The translations under genes and the position numbers were made by a program. A DNA stretch of 41,861 nucleotides from an uncultured bacterium (lineage in GTDB: Bacteria; Omnitrophota; Omnitrophia; Omnitrophales; Aquincolibacteriaceae), in assembly GCA_964526065.1 (NCBI GenBank), contig CAZGID010000002.1, positions 1 through 41,861 of the forward strand, given 5' to 3'. The notes under the pieces are model-generated. The model searched no databases. It saw only the letters and a program-made list of their open reading frames with translations, and had not been told where the DNA came from. Of this stretch, positions 1 to 9,232 are shown in pieces. Every line of letters starts with the position of its first letter. The first letter of the stretch is position 1.

Positions 1-282
1 CAGAACCACCCGCACATGGCTCCCGATGTAGAATGTTCGTTGTCCAACCATAAAAAGGATGCAGATAAAATAAAACGCGAACGTCATCCCGCGATTTTTA
101 CCCGACAGCAAAGCAAATAAAGGGGGAACACTGATTAACAGTCCAAAGATAAGTTTCCCTCCCATTGAAAAGCAATACATCATAAAAAGGAAGAAGCCCT
201 GGATAGCCAGGGCGTAACCTATGGTTTTTGCCAGCTCCTTTTTTGATGAGGCCTGGGGTGCTTTTATTTTCTTAATTTTCAT
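1..282 (-). CDS. Integral membrane protein, 3' end cut by the window edge (a Wzy or O-antigen-ligase-like role is only a guess from context)
   Basis: Not in the ORF track because it runs off the window. Hand translation of the reverse strand gives an ATG at 282, 4 nt after the GT2 stop at 287-289. The frame is open for all 94 codons to base 1: MKIKKIKAPQASSKKELAKTIGYALAIQGFFLFMMYCFSMGGKLIFGLLISVPPLFALLSGKNRGMTFAFYFICILFMVGQRTFYIGSHVRVVL. Mostly hydrophobic helices. Same strand and low GC as the glycan cluster. Confidence 0.45.
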   Translation of the reverse strand, partial: MKIKKIKAPQASSKKELAKTIGYALAIQGFFLFMMYCFSMGGKLIFGLLISVPPLFALLSGKNRGMTFAFYFICILFMVGQRTFYIGSHVRVVL

Positions 283-286
283 CGCA

Positions 287-1192
287 TCATTTCTTAATGT
301 TCATCTTATGCTTAAAGGCTTGAGTTAAAACACCCGCGCTCCAAGCTAAATTGATCACAAAAAAAAGCCCTGCTGAAATAATCTTTTCCTTCAAACCTTT
401 AAAATGCGATGTTTTAAACAAAGAATCATAAAAAGGCCTGAATATAAAATTTAATATCTTCAAAATGTCTTTAGCTTTTCTTATCCGATGCGGGTAAATG
501 CAATACAAATCCTCCCATTTTTCACGGACGAGAAAATACGCGCGTCCGTACATATAATGCTGATTGATTAAACCACGAACCGTCGCACGATGGTGATGAT
601 AAACTTTAATTTCGGGATCATAATAGATTTTGTATCCCTGTCGGATAATGCGCCAGTTATAATCGACGTCTTCTCCACGAAAAAGCGATTCATCTTGAAA
701 TCCGATTTGTTCGATCGCTGCTTTTTTAAATGAAATATTTACACCTGGGAGCGTTCGAACATACTGCGCTGTCCTCCAAAAAGGAAAGGTGGTGGCATCC
801 GCGACGCGTCCTAAAAGCGTATTCTGAGTCCCAATCACGGCACCCCCCACCGCGCCGGCTTCTGGATGCTCAACATGAGCACGCTTCAAACGGCTGACCC
901 AATCCGGGAATACTTCGCCATCATCATCTGTAAACGCAATAATCTCACCCTTGCAATGAGGAATCCCGACATTGCGACTGGAAGCTAAGTTTTTATTCTC
1001 GGTTTTAATTAATTTAATATCAAATTTACTCTCCGCCGAATAGTTCCGGACCACTTGATCCGCCAGGTCGCTTCCGCCATTGACAATAATTACTTCATCG
1101 GGTTTTTCTACTGTTCCCCGAACAAGCGCATTAAGGCATTTCTCTAAAAGTTCGTGCCGGTTATAAGTGCAGATCAAGACAGAGAGATTCAT
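287..1192 (-). CDS. Family 2 glycosyltransferase (GT-A fold)
   Basis: N-terminal LSVLICTYNRHELLEKCLNAL...VIIVNGGS...FTDDDG, the typical GT2 signature with a DxD-like motif. 4-nt overlap with the upstream GT4 gene. Confidence 0.85.
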   Translation of the reverse strand: MNLSVLICTYNRHELLEKCLNALVRGTVEKPDEVIIVNGGSDLADQVVRNYSAESKFDIKLIKTENKNLASSRNVGIPHCKGEIIAFTDDDGEVFPDWVSRLKRAHVEHPEAGAVGGAVIGTQNTLLGRVADATTFPFWRTAQYVRTLPGVNISFKKAAIEQIGFQDESLFRGEDVDYNWRIIRQGYKIYYDPEIKVYHHHRATVRGLINQHYMYGRAYFLVREKWEDLYCIYPHRIRKAKDILKILNFIFRPFYDSLFKTSHFKGLKEKIISAGLFFVINLAWSAGVLTQAFKHKMNIKK

Positions 1193-2358
1193 AGTTTAGA
1201 AATGCGTGTTCTTGTATGAATTACTTGCTGATAAATGGATAAGTAATCCTCCACGACGCGATCCCAATTATAGCGTTCTTTTAAATAGTTTTGGCTGACT
1301 TCATTCCAGGCGAGACGTCCTGTTAGCACATCATGCATTTTGTGCGCCAAATCGTTTTCATTCCCGGCTTCTACGAGATAGTCGGGATTGTCCCTCATAA
1401 GTTCAGTCAATCCCCCAACGCGCGAGGCAACAACTTTCTTCCCACTATACAATGCCTCCAAAAGCATGATTCCAAATGCCTCCTGACGGGAAGGCATTAC
1501 AAATAGCTCACATTGATGGAGCAGCACGGCCATATCTTCCTGTTTCACGACGCCCAAAAACTCGACTTTATCGCCTACGCCCAAACTTGTTGCTAATTTC
1601 TTGCAGTGCTCAAGCTCCTCACCATCCCCCGCTATTTTCAGCAGCCCCTTAAAATCAATCATTTTCAGCAATTCTGCATATGCACGAATGAGAACATCGA
1701 ATCCTTTTTTGGGGACAAACCGCCCCGCCGAAAAGAGATAAGGAATAATTGCATGAACCGGCGCCCCATCAGGCGCGCGATTGGGACTAAAACCCATAGA
1801 AACTACAGCCGCTTTTTTGGGCTCATTAACCTTTGTGGCGCGCAACGCATAATTTAGGAGATGTGAGGAATTTGCAGTAATAAAGTCTGACAAAAGAAAC
1901 GTCTGCTTCAATCTCCACTGAGCAAAGCATCCCTTCTCGTCGAAGTTTTCCACATCAGCGCCATGAATAGACACGATCCACTTGAATTGGATGAACCGTC
2001 GCGCCAGGAGCAAGTATCCGGAAACTGGCCCCGCATAATGCAAATGAACGATATCATAGCCTTTACTCAATCGAAGCATCAGCTGGACAAACGTGACAGG
2101 CACCAGCGCCAAACGGACAATATACTTTATCCATAAGAAACAGTTTTTTTTAAGAGGTGCTCCACCCGTAAAATAGAGCCGCTCCACAGAAATTCCATCT
2201 AATAGCTCTAATGCTTTAAGATGCCGGTCATAACGATTGGTCAAAAGGTCGACTTTATGATTGCGGCACATTCGAACGGCAATGCATTTTACGGCCGTTT
2301 CCAGACCGCCAACGGAAGGATGATATTTCGTGCTAATCAGAAGAATCTTCAGATACAA
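1189..2358 (-). CDS. Family 4 (GT-B, Glycos_transf_1 type) glycosyltransferase
   Basis: N-terminal KILLISTKYHPSVGGLE. C-terminal FVMPSRQEAFGIMLLEALYSGKKVVASRVGGLTE, the E-x7-E nucleotide-sugar motif region of retaining GT4 enzymes. Confidence 0.85.
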   Translation of the reverse strand: MYLKILLISTKYHPSVGGLETAVKCIAVRMCRNHKVDLLTNRYDRHLKALELLDGISVERLYFTGGAPLKKNCFLWIKYIVRLALVPVTFVQLMLRLSKGYDIVHLHYAGPVSGYLLLARRFIQFKWIVSIHGADVENFDEKGCFAQWRLKQTFLLSDFITANSSHLLNYALRATKVNEPKKAAVVSMGFSPNRAPDGAPVHAIIPYLFSAGRFVPKKGFDVLIRAYAELLKMIDFKGLLKIAGDGEELEHCKKLATSLGVGDKVEFLGVVKQEDMAVLLHQCELFVMPSRQEAFGIMLLEALYSGKKVVASRVGGLTELMRDNPDYLVEAGNENDLAHKMHDVLTGRLAWNEVSQNYLKERYNWDRVVEDYLSIYQQVIHTRTRISKL

Positions 2359-2383
2359 ATACCGAGAACCACAATACCTAATA

Positions 2384-3421
2384 TCATAAATATCGATACA
2401 GCGGATTCAAAATTCTTCTTGCTGCCTCTTTAAAAAAATATCGATACCGCCTTTCAAGCGCTTGGCTCTTCTCCATGGATACGTTTTCCAAAATATTCAG
2501 AAAGAAATACATGGCATGATCAAGTGTAAATCGCAGCTTGAATAACTCCAGCGCTTTCTCCGACAGATATTTTCGGCATTTAGCATCTGTCATGCGTATG
2601 CACGCCTCCATCCATTCTTTTTTATCATTTGGAATCAAAGCGTTCACCCCATCTAAGAAAACGCCAACGGCTTCCTCGGTTGGCGAAATAATACTGGGTA
2701 ATCCAAGAGACGCCGCATGCGCTGCTTTATAAATAGACTTTCTACGCCCGGCCAGGTCGCTCGTCTTCTGCGGAAAAAAACCGACATCACAATTCAGCAT
2801 TTCGGATTCATACGTGTTTAAATTCCATTCCACCCAATCAGCTTTAATGTTTAATTTATTGATCTCGCTTTTGATTGTGTGGAATTTAGACTTGTCTAAA
2901 TTCGTAATTATTTTCAGACATACTTTTTTCTGGCTCGCTGCTTCGCCTAATGCTTCCAGCGGAATTCCACTAAGAGAGTCAAGGTTGTGCGAGTACCCGC
3001 AATATACGAATTGCGCTGCTTCCGACTTTTCCTTTTTTGGCAATAAGTCTTTTTTGGGGTCGAATCCGTGCGGCCAGTAAAATGTTCTGCGGGAATGATA
3101 ATACCGCAAATTTGGAAGGGAATCCGTCAGGATAAAATCATAGGGATAGCGGTAATAATCTTTAAAATAATGATCATTGGCATCAATGCCTATTAATTTT
3201 TTTGCTTTATAAAAACGTCCTATACTTTTTGCGGTGCGATGGAAAATAACCACGTCCACGTCATCAATAATCTTATGTGCCTCATATTCGGATACCAGAA
3301 CACTGTGATGGCCATTTCTCTGGAGCCAAAGATGCGGATGGTAAACCCGGGAAAGGAAGGCTCCTTCATTCAGATCCAGCGTTCCGGATATCCATCCAAT
3401 TCTATGTTTTTTTGAATTCAA
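2384..3421 (-). CDS. Hypothetical protein, possibly a divergent GT-B fold glycosyltransferase
   Basis: 345-aa ORF packed tightly between two GT genes. Only a weak GT-B-like C-terminal half (KSIYKAAHAASLGLPSIISPTEEAVGVFLDGVNALI). No firm motif. Confidence 0.45.
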   Translation of the reverse strand: MNSKKHRIGWISGTLDLNEGAFLSRVYHPHLWLQRNGHHSVLVSEYEAHKIIDDVDVVIFHRTAKSIGRFYKAKKLIGIDANDHYFKDYYRYPYDFILTDSLPNLRYYHSRRTFYWPHGFDPKKDLLPKKEKSEAAQFVYCGYSHNLDSLSGIPLEALGEAASQKKVCLKIITNLDKSKFHTIKSEINKLNIKADWVEWNLNTYESEMLNCDVGFFPQKTSDLAGRRKSIYKAAHAASLGLPSIISPTEEAVGVFLDGVNALIPNDKKEWMEACIRMTDAKCRKYLSEKALELFKLRFTLDHAMYFFLNILENVSMEKSQALERRYRYFFKEAARRILNPLYRYL

Positions 3422-3424
3422 AGT

Positions 3425-4525
3425 TTAAGCAGCTCTTGAGAAAATGCTGGCATATTTCTGGGCCGTTTGCTTCCACCCATGAAAGGTTTCCGCATATCGC
3501 CGGTTGTCCGCACCGGCTTTCTGCCTGTATCCATTCTCGCACGATGCGATGATCGCATTTTCTATTTCTTTATTGTTCCTCTCATTCACGTACTGAATCC
3601 CCCCGGCTGCGGAAAATTCTGTCAATGGAGGCTTTCGAGCCGCGACAACGGGCAGACCACTGGCCATCGCTTCTAAAAGCGCTAGCGGAGAGGCTTCTCC
3701 AGTTGAGAGGAACAGGAATAAGTCGGAAAGTCTATAGACTTGTTCTATTGCCTTTACAGCTCCCAGGAATCTCACATTTTTAGTTAAACCCAGCTTATCT
3801 ACCTGCTCTATCAGAGATTCTCTTTTTGGGCCGTCTCCGGCTATCAAATAAATCGCCTTTGGCCATTTCTTTATCACGGCAGGCATGCTATTCAATGCGA
3901 GATGAATATTCTTTCTTTCCTCGAATGCCGCAACAGTCAGAAACACTAAACAGTCCCGGGGAATTCCATATTCATCCCTCAGTTTATCCCTTTCTTCCAT
4001 ATTAACTGCGGGCCTAAATCTATGAATATCCGTACCGTTGGCTATCACCACCACGGATTGCTGAAAATATTGCTGCGCATCCTCAAGCACAAGATTACTT
4101 ACGCCTATTAAGGTCGCCGATTTTCTCAAGCGACTCTTTATTAACATATCGTATCGATGCGGCACCTGGGATGCTGGATAATGCAGTACCAAATAAACAC
4201 CTGCGTTACGGAAAGCGCCTAAACGATAAGCCGTCTCTTCTCCATGCCATGTAAAATTAACAATCGCTATATCGGGCTTCATTTTTCTCAAGATCATGCA
4301 ATACTGAATCGTCGAAAAGAAACTTTGAAAATATCGCGGCAATGCAATATTGTACAGATGGACCTGAGAATTTAATCTGCCCCACCTCCATTCGCCGCCA
4401 TCTTTCCGCGTCAGCAAATAGACCTGATGACCTTGCTCAGCTAATGCATTCCCCAGATCGACAGAATAACGTTCGATGCCACGACTATAGCGCCAAAGAA
4501 AGGGGGAAATAATTGCAATCCGCAT
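3425..4525 (-). CDS. Family 4 (GT-B) glycosyltransferase
   Basis: MRIAIISPF...; C-terminal LFLSTGEASPLALLEAMASGLPVVAAR, typical of the GT4/Glycos_transf_1 family. Confidence 0.85.
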   Translation of the reverse strand: MRIAIISPFLWRYSRGIERYSVDLGNALAEQGHQVYLLTRKDGGEWRWGRLNSQVHLYNIALPRYFQSFFSTIQYCMILRKMKPDIAIVNFTWHGEETAYRLGAFRNAGVYLVLHYPASQVPHRYDMLIKSRLRKSATLIGVSNLVLEDAQQYFQQSVVVIANGTDIHRFRPAVNMEERDKLRDEYGIPRDCLVFLTVAAFEERKNIHLALNSMPAVIKKWPKAIYLIAGDGPKRESLIEQVDKLGLTKNVRFLGAVKAIEQVYRLSDLFLFLSTGEASPLALLEAMASGLPVVAARKPPLTEFSAAGGIQYVNERNNKEIENAIIASCENGYRQKAGADNRRYAETFHGWKQTAQKYASIFSRAA

Positions 4526-4667
4526 ATGCGCTACCTAGATGCAAAAATCATAGGCATCCAACAAGAAGACCCTCGATTTATTCATTTTGAGCGAGCGCCA
4601 GATCCATAGCGAGGCGTAACTTTAAAAACGATACTTGATCTATCAGCTGCGATTTTTAATGCACCTT

Positions 4668-5735
4668 TCACGGCTTTTTATTAAATAGATCTAGCAGCCT
4701 CAAAAATGGGTATTTGAATAGATAAGTACAATTAATTTTTGTCATCTTTTCGTAGAGTTGGAGCTGTCGCAATTGGCCCTCCACCAATTCTTCCATAATC
4801 ATCAATGTATTTCTACGATCCACATCCCGCGTTGCTATTTCTACCGAAAGACTAAAAGGATTTTGGATGAAGTCTCTAACAAGATCATCATATGGTCCTG
4901 TATTAAGTTTCGACAGCTCAGCCGAAGCATGCTCGATGCGCGAAAGAGCTTCCCTGCAAAGAAGTTTTCTCCAGCAATTCAATTTCCATTCCCGGGCGTC
5001 CATTACTTTTTTATTTTTTTCGGCCTCAACATGCGTCTTCTTATAAACCTGTTTCAGATACCAAAAAGTCTTAAGCGGGGACCGCCTCATGAGTGAATCC
5101 GTGCCGCTGCGCACGCTAAACTCGCATGTCAGTTTTGGTATGAATTTCATCACATGTGCTTTCGTTAACCGGATCCAAAGATCCCAGTCTTCAAACACCT
5201 CCATGGACTCATCAAACCCTCCTGCCGCTAGTATTTGCTCTTTACTGACCATAACACACAAGACAGGAATAAAATTATCTGCCAGGAGTTTGTCATAATC
5301 AAATTTTGAAAAATAGGGCACATCCTTTTTCCAGCATATGAGATTCCCATTTCGAAGTTCTTCATGGGCTCGATATGCCGCTGTGTAGACCGGCCGCCCC
5401 CCCAATCCCTCGAATGCATTTACAAGTATATGCAAGTGATCTGGATAGTACCGGTCATCATCATCCAAAAATGCAATATAATTTCCTTCTGCATGCTTTA
5501 TTCCTAAATTTCTCGCAGCCGCCAATCCCATTCCCACAATACCCTGAACTTTTTTTATAGCTATTCCCGGGTTGCCCCTCCGAAATTCCTCTAAACTTCC
5601 ATCGATGCATTTTTCTCCATTGTTGACCACAATCACTTCATAATCTTTATAGCTCTGTTCTGCAATGCTATTGAGCGCGCGAAGCAGAAGACCTGGCCGA
5701 TTGTATGTAGGAACTATAATGGAGACTTTTGGCAT
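4668..5735 (-). CDS. Family 2 glycosyltransferase with a C-terminal extension
   Basis: PKVSIIVPTYNRPGLLLRALNSIAEQSYKDYEVIVVNNG...AFLDDDD, the canonical GT2 N-terminal domain. Confidence 0.85.
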   Translation of the reverse strand: MPKVSIIVPTYNRPGLLLRALNSIAEQSYKDYEVIVVNNGEKCIDGSLEEFRRGNPGIAIKKVQGIVGMGLAAARNLGIKHAEGNYIAFLDDDDRYYPDHLHILVNAFEGLGGRPVYTAAYRAHEELRNGNLICWKKDVPYFSKFDYDKLLADNFIPVLCVMVSKEQILAAGGFDESMEVFEDWDLWIRLTKAHVMKFIPKLTCEFSVRSGTDSLMRRSPLKTFWYLKQVYKKTHVEAEKNKKVMDAREWKLNCWRKLLCREALSRIEHASAELSKLNTGPYDDLVRDFIQNPFSLSVEIATRDVDRRNTLMIMEELVEGQLRQLQLYEKMTKINCTYLFKYPFLRLLDLFNKKP

Positions 5736-5749
5736 ATTAATCTGTGGAT

Positions 5750-6606
5750 TTAAGCGCCATTCTGCTTTATTGCAACAAACAGCCCTCTATCATGGTCCTC
5801 GATATAACTGCTTTTTGAAATATCTTCCAAAAAATCATATTGTTCATAAATGATATCGAAACCGATATCTTTCATAACCTGGAGCAATTCTTTTTTATGT
5901 AACCAAAACGACCTCAGGTTCCCATAAGAAGCCCATATTCTTTTTTCCATTTGCTCCGAATTCACGCCAGGCAGATGCTCGCGGAACCATCGCCCCCATT
6001 TTTCTTCGTTCATCGTCAGTGGAGATAAAGAGTAGTCAAGTTTTGCGCCTTTAAAAACTCGCCGCCTTATAAATTCCGGAAGCCTGTTGAAAATTCTCTC
6101 GCCACCAATATCGCCGGTCGCATAATGTGTATGAAGAATGAGCATTTTTTTTGCCACACTACCGAGATCCCTCAGAAAAGCAACTGGCTGATCCATGTGA
6201 TATAAAAGCCCGCTGAAAATACGGCATCGAACCTTCCATAACGCCTTACGTTCCGCGCGTCGTCTTTTATGAATTTTAAATTCGGCAACGCCAGATTTTG
6301 TGAAACGAAGTTACATTTTTTTACATTTTCCTCGCGGACCTCAATTCCCAATACGTCAAAGCCATGCCTCGCAAACTCAACCGCATAGCCTCCTTCGAGG
6401 CATCCTAAATCAACAATCTTTATTTTAGAACGTTGTTCATTACCAAAGCATTCATTTAAAGTTCTAATGATGGCCCGGCATCGCTGCTCTTCATTTAAAA
6501 GAAACTTCTTTTCGGGTTGTGTTCTTATACCGCCCCCTAAAAGAATATTATGACTGCTGAATTCCAAACTATTTTTCATATGAATCGCCCCCACGCGCCA
6601 CTGCAA
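5750..6606 (-). pseudogene. Class I SAM-dependent methyltransferase interrupted by a 1-nt frameshift
   Basis: ORF 6172-6606 carries motif I (IVDLGCLEGGY) and ends ...FDAVFSAGFYITWISQLLF*. ORF 5750-6196 continues in the other frame. Read upstream of its ATG, that frame gives FSGLLYHMDQPVAFLRDL, so the conserved FDxVFxSGLLYH block is split. One extra T in either T4 run (plus-strand A4 at 6204-6207 or 6216-6219) restores a single 285-aa ORF. Confidence 0.7.
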
Positions 6607-7644
6607 TCAAATATCAACTCCATCATTCCGAGAAATACATTCCTTAAATCGAGACTTAACATAATTTAGTACGGATCTTTTTGATACCGGGCCAAACGGA
6701 GAAACTCCAACGGTCATTGATTTCATAAAAGCAAACGCGTTAAAACTGTCAGCATTTTCCAAATAATAATTATGGATTCTTCCTTCATATTTTTTAATAT
6801 ACCTTTTTAATATTTCAGGATTTATGACGCTTTTCGGCATTTCTGCAAGAAGCCTTTCGAACCAACGATGCCCCGCACTTACAAAGACATCGGTGGCTTC
6901 ACATTCGCAATTATTTATTTGGTTGTGTAACCTCAGCTCATTCTCGCCCGCACAAATTCCCAGCCTGCATATGTATTTTAGACGAGCGGCGTTTGTCCAT
7001 TCATAAATGCCCTTTTTATTTCTCGCCGTCTCTTGTTCGCTATGACGCCTATACGAGATAAGCGCTTCCCCAATATTTGCCATGGGGAATAACAGCGCGC
7101 ACCTCGTCCACAGCTCATAATCTTCAGCCTGAGGATACCCTTCATCGTATCTGAGACCATGTTTTTCAAATAAATCTCTTCGAAAAATAGAACCGCCCTG
7201 CGTAATCGGGCATCGATCGAAAAGCAACGCAACTTTGATTTCATTGTCAGAAACCGGCAAAAATATTGTTTCCTGCGAATCCATCAGCCTGTACCACGAA
7301 CTGCTTACTCCTGTTTGTGGATATTTCTCCATAAATTCAACCTGACGTTCAATACGATGCGGTACGCTAATATCATCCGCATCCATGTGCACAATAAATT
7401 TTCCTCGCGCTTCTGCCAAACCTTCATTGCGAGTCCTAGGTATACCGACATTTTTCGAATGTGCAATGAATCTTAATCGCTTGTCAGAATAGCCTCGTAT
7501 AATCTCGTTACTGTTATCTGTTGACCCATCATCAATAATTAAAAGCTCAAAGTCCTTAAATGTTTGATTTAAAATGCTGTTAATTGCAGGCGAAAGATAA
7601 GTCGCCGCGTTATAAACCGGCATAAATACGGTTACAGGCAACAT
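6607..7644 (-). CDS. Family 2 glycosyltransferase
   Basis: VTVFMPVYNAATYLSPAINSILNQTFKDFELLIIDDGSTD...HMDADD, the GT2 signature. Confidence 0.85.
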   Translation of the reverse strand: MLPVTVFMPVYNAATYLSPAINSILNQTFKDFELLIIDDGSTDNSNEIIRGYSDKRLRFIAHSKNVGIPRTRNEGLAEARGKFIVHMDADDISVPHRIERQVEFMEKYPQTGVSSSWYRLMDSQETIFLPVSDNEIKVALLFDRCPITQGGSIFRRDLFEKHGLRYDEGYPQAEDYELWTRCALLFPMANIGEALISYRRHSEQETARNKKGIYEWTNAARLKYICRLGICAGENELRLHNQINNCECEATDVFVSAGHRWFERLLAEMPKSVINPEILKRYIKKYEGRIHNYYLENADSFNAFAFMKSMTVGVSPFGPVSKRSVLNYVKSRFKECISRNDGVDI

Positions 7645-7657
7645 TTTTTATCCAATT

Positions 7658-8575
7658 TCAAAAATTTACTGCCTTTTTTATGACGCTCACCAACGTTCGC
7701 TTTATTTTTTTTGCGGCGTTGAGCCAAGCAGGGAAATCTTTATCGGTATTGATCGGATATCCAAGATCATCCAAAAAGTATCGATAATTTCTATGGATTC
7801 GATATAGATCTAATTTTGGAAATTCCTTTCCCCAAATACCAATACTTTTGGTATCAATGCAGCGCTTTTCTGAAACATCCGCAGTGGCCCATTCGCGATC
7901 CGGATAGATATGGTCTTTCTCCCAATAACGATTCATGCCGGGGTCATATGGAATTTTTAAATAATTGCAGAGACTCTGAAGCGTTTTTTCCGGCTCTTAT
8001 GTCAAATCCTCATATTTTACGTGAAGCATTGATGGGGCCGTCGGCTTCTTTAAGGCCGTATAGATCTTAGTTTCCCATTCCATCCATCTCCTGAACGCAT
8101 TTAGATGATTATTCTTTCCATATCCAATAATATGTTTTTGTGCTTTTATCCGGTTTTTAATTCGAACCGTTGAACATGCGACATCTCTCCCGTCTCTATA
8201 GATATGAATGTATTTTGAGCTCGGATAGAAGCGAAACATGTCTTCTAAATACCAGATGTCATCGGGCGTTTTCAAAACGAGCATCGTTTTTTTTGACCTT
8301 TTTAGAAAATCCTGAAATATTTCATCAAGCACATTGAGAAACAAAGTCCTTATCATTTCCGAACTTGTCCCCCAGGATTTGACAAGCCCCTCGTTGCCCG
8401 TATCGAGAGATTGAATTAAAGCTCGAAAAGAGACGCCGCCATACCCTCCGAAAATCCATGGCGTCTCCGGAGGAGCCGCTATAGAAGGGTGCGAATCCAG
8501 CAATATCCGGAGCAAAGTCGTTCCGGAACGCGGCACGCCGAGAATAAAAACGGGTTCAATCCTTATATGATTCAT
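7658..8575 (-). pseudogene. Sulfotransferase (PAPS-dependent family) interrupted by an in-frame TAA
   Basis: ORF 7997-8575 has the 5'-PSB loop (LGVPRSGTTLL) and the 3'-PB motif (IYRDGRDVACS) and ends ...HVKYEDLT*. The same frame continues after the TAA (7997-7999) as EPEKTLQSLCNYLKIPYDPGMNRYWE..., running straight into ORF 7658-7936. The distance from 7996 to 7936 is 60 nt, a multiple of 3. YEDL-x3-PE-x3-L-x3-C-x-(F/Y)L-x-I-x-YDP is the usual sulfotransferase C-terminal block. Confidence 0.7.
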
Positions 8576-8592
8576 AAAGTCATCGCTTCTGG

Positions 8593-9231
8593 TTATTTAA
8601 TAAAGTAAACAAGATTTGCTGTAACATGCTGATGGGGCGCTTTTAATTTGAGATCCAGGGCGGCTTTATCTATAGCCTTTCTGACTTCTTCCCAGGTATA
8701 GTCATGAATGGCCAGGACACCCCCATCTTGCAGCAGACTTCCCCAATGAGATATATCAAAGTACGCTTCTTCAAATGAATGCCAGCCATCAACAAACACC
8801 ATTTTTAGACATCCTCGTTTCCAGATGCTGAATGCTTCCCGGCTCGTCATGATTAAAGGAACAACTGTATTGGTTAAATTAAAATGATTAATATTCTTTA
8901 AAAACGGGTCGAGTGAATTCAAATTCATCGGAGCCTCGGGATGGGTTTTAACATATGCAATTCCACCCGTGTGAGGGTCAATGGAAAAAACTTTTCCTAA
9001 TTTTGACATTTTTGTTCCGATCCCCAGACACACTGTGCTTTTTCCCTCAAAACTCCCTATTTCAACCACATCGCCGGTCATATTAAGGCTTTTGGCCGTA
9101 TTGAAGAGCCATTCGGCCTCCGCTGTTGCCAACCATCCATTAATTCGATTCCACTTTTTACTGAAGCTATTGAATTTTATATCCCTGTTTACCTGCATTT
9201 TCTCCTGTAATATTTTTTTCCAATGAATCAT
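8593..9231 (-). CDS. Class I SAM-dependent methyltransferase (Methyltransf_24-like)
   Basis: GDVVEIGSFEGKSTVCLG...VFSIDPH...MVFVDGWHSFEEAYFDISHW...GGVLAIHDY. Start moved to the ATG at 9231, 1 nt after the ABC gene stop, because the longer ORF-track start overlaps the ABC gene. Confidence 0.7.
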   Translation of the reverse strand: MIHWKKILQEKMQVNRDIKFNSFSKKWNRINGWLATAEAEWLFNTAKSLNMTGDVVEIGSFEGKSTVCLGIGTKMSKLGKVFSIDPHTGGIAYVKTHPEAPMNLNSLDPFLKNINHFNLTNTVVPLIMTSREAFSIWKRGCLKMVFVDGWHSFEEAYFDISHWGSLLQDGGVLAIHDYTWEEVRKAIDKAALDLKLKAPHQHVTANLVYFIK

Positions 9232-9232
9232 T

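Noticed and set aside
7997-7999. TAA as a reassigned sense codon or programmed read-through
   Set aside because: Other genes in the window show no internal in-frame TAA, and several terminate with TAA at sensible positions, such as the ABC exporter at 9233-9235. A lineage-wide reassignment is therefore not supported. A nonsense mutation or an error is the simpler explanation.
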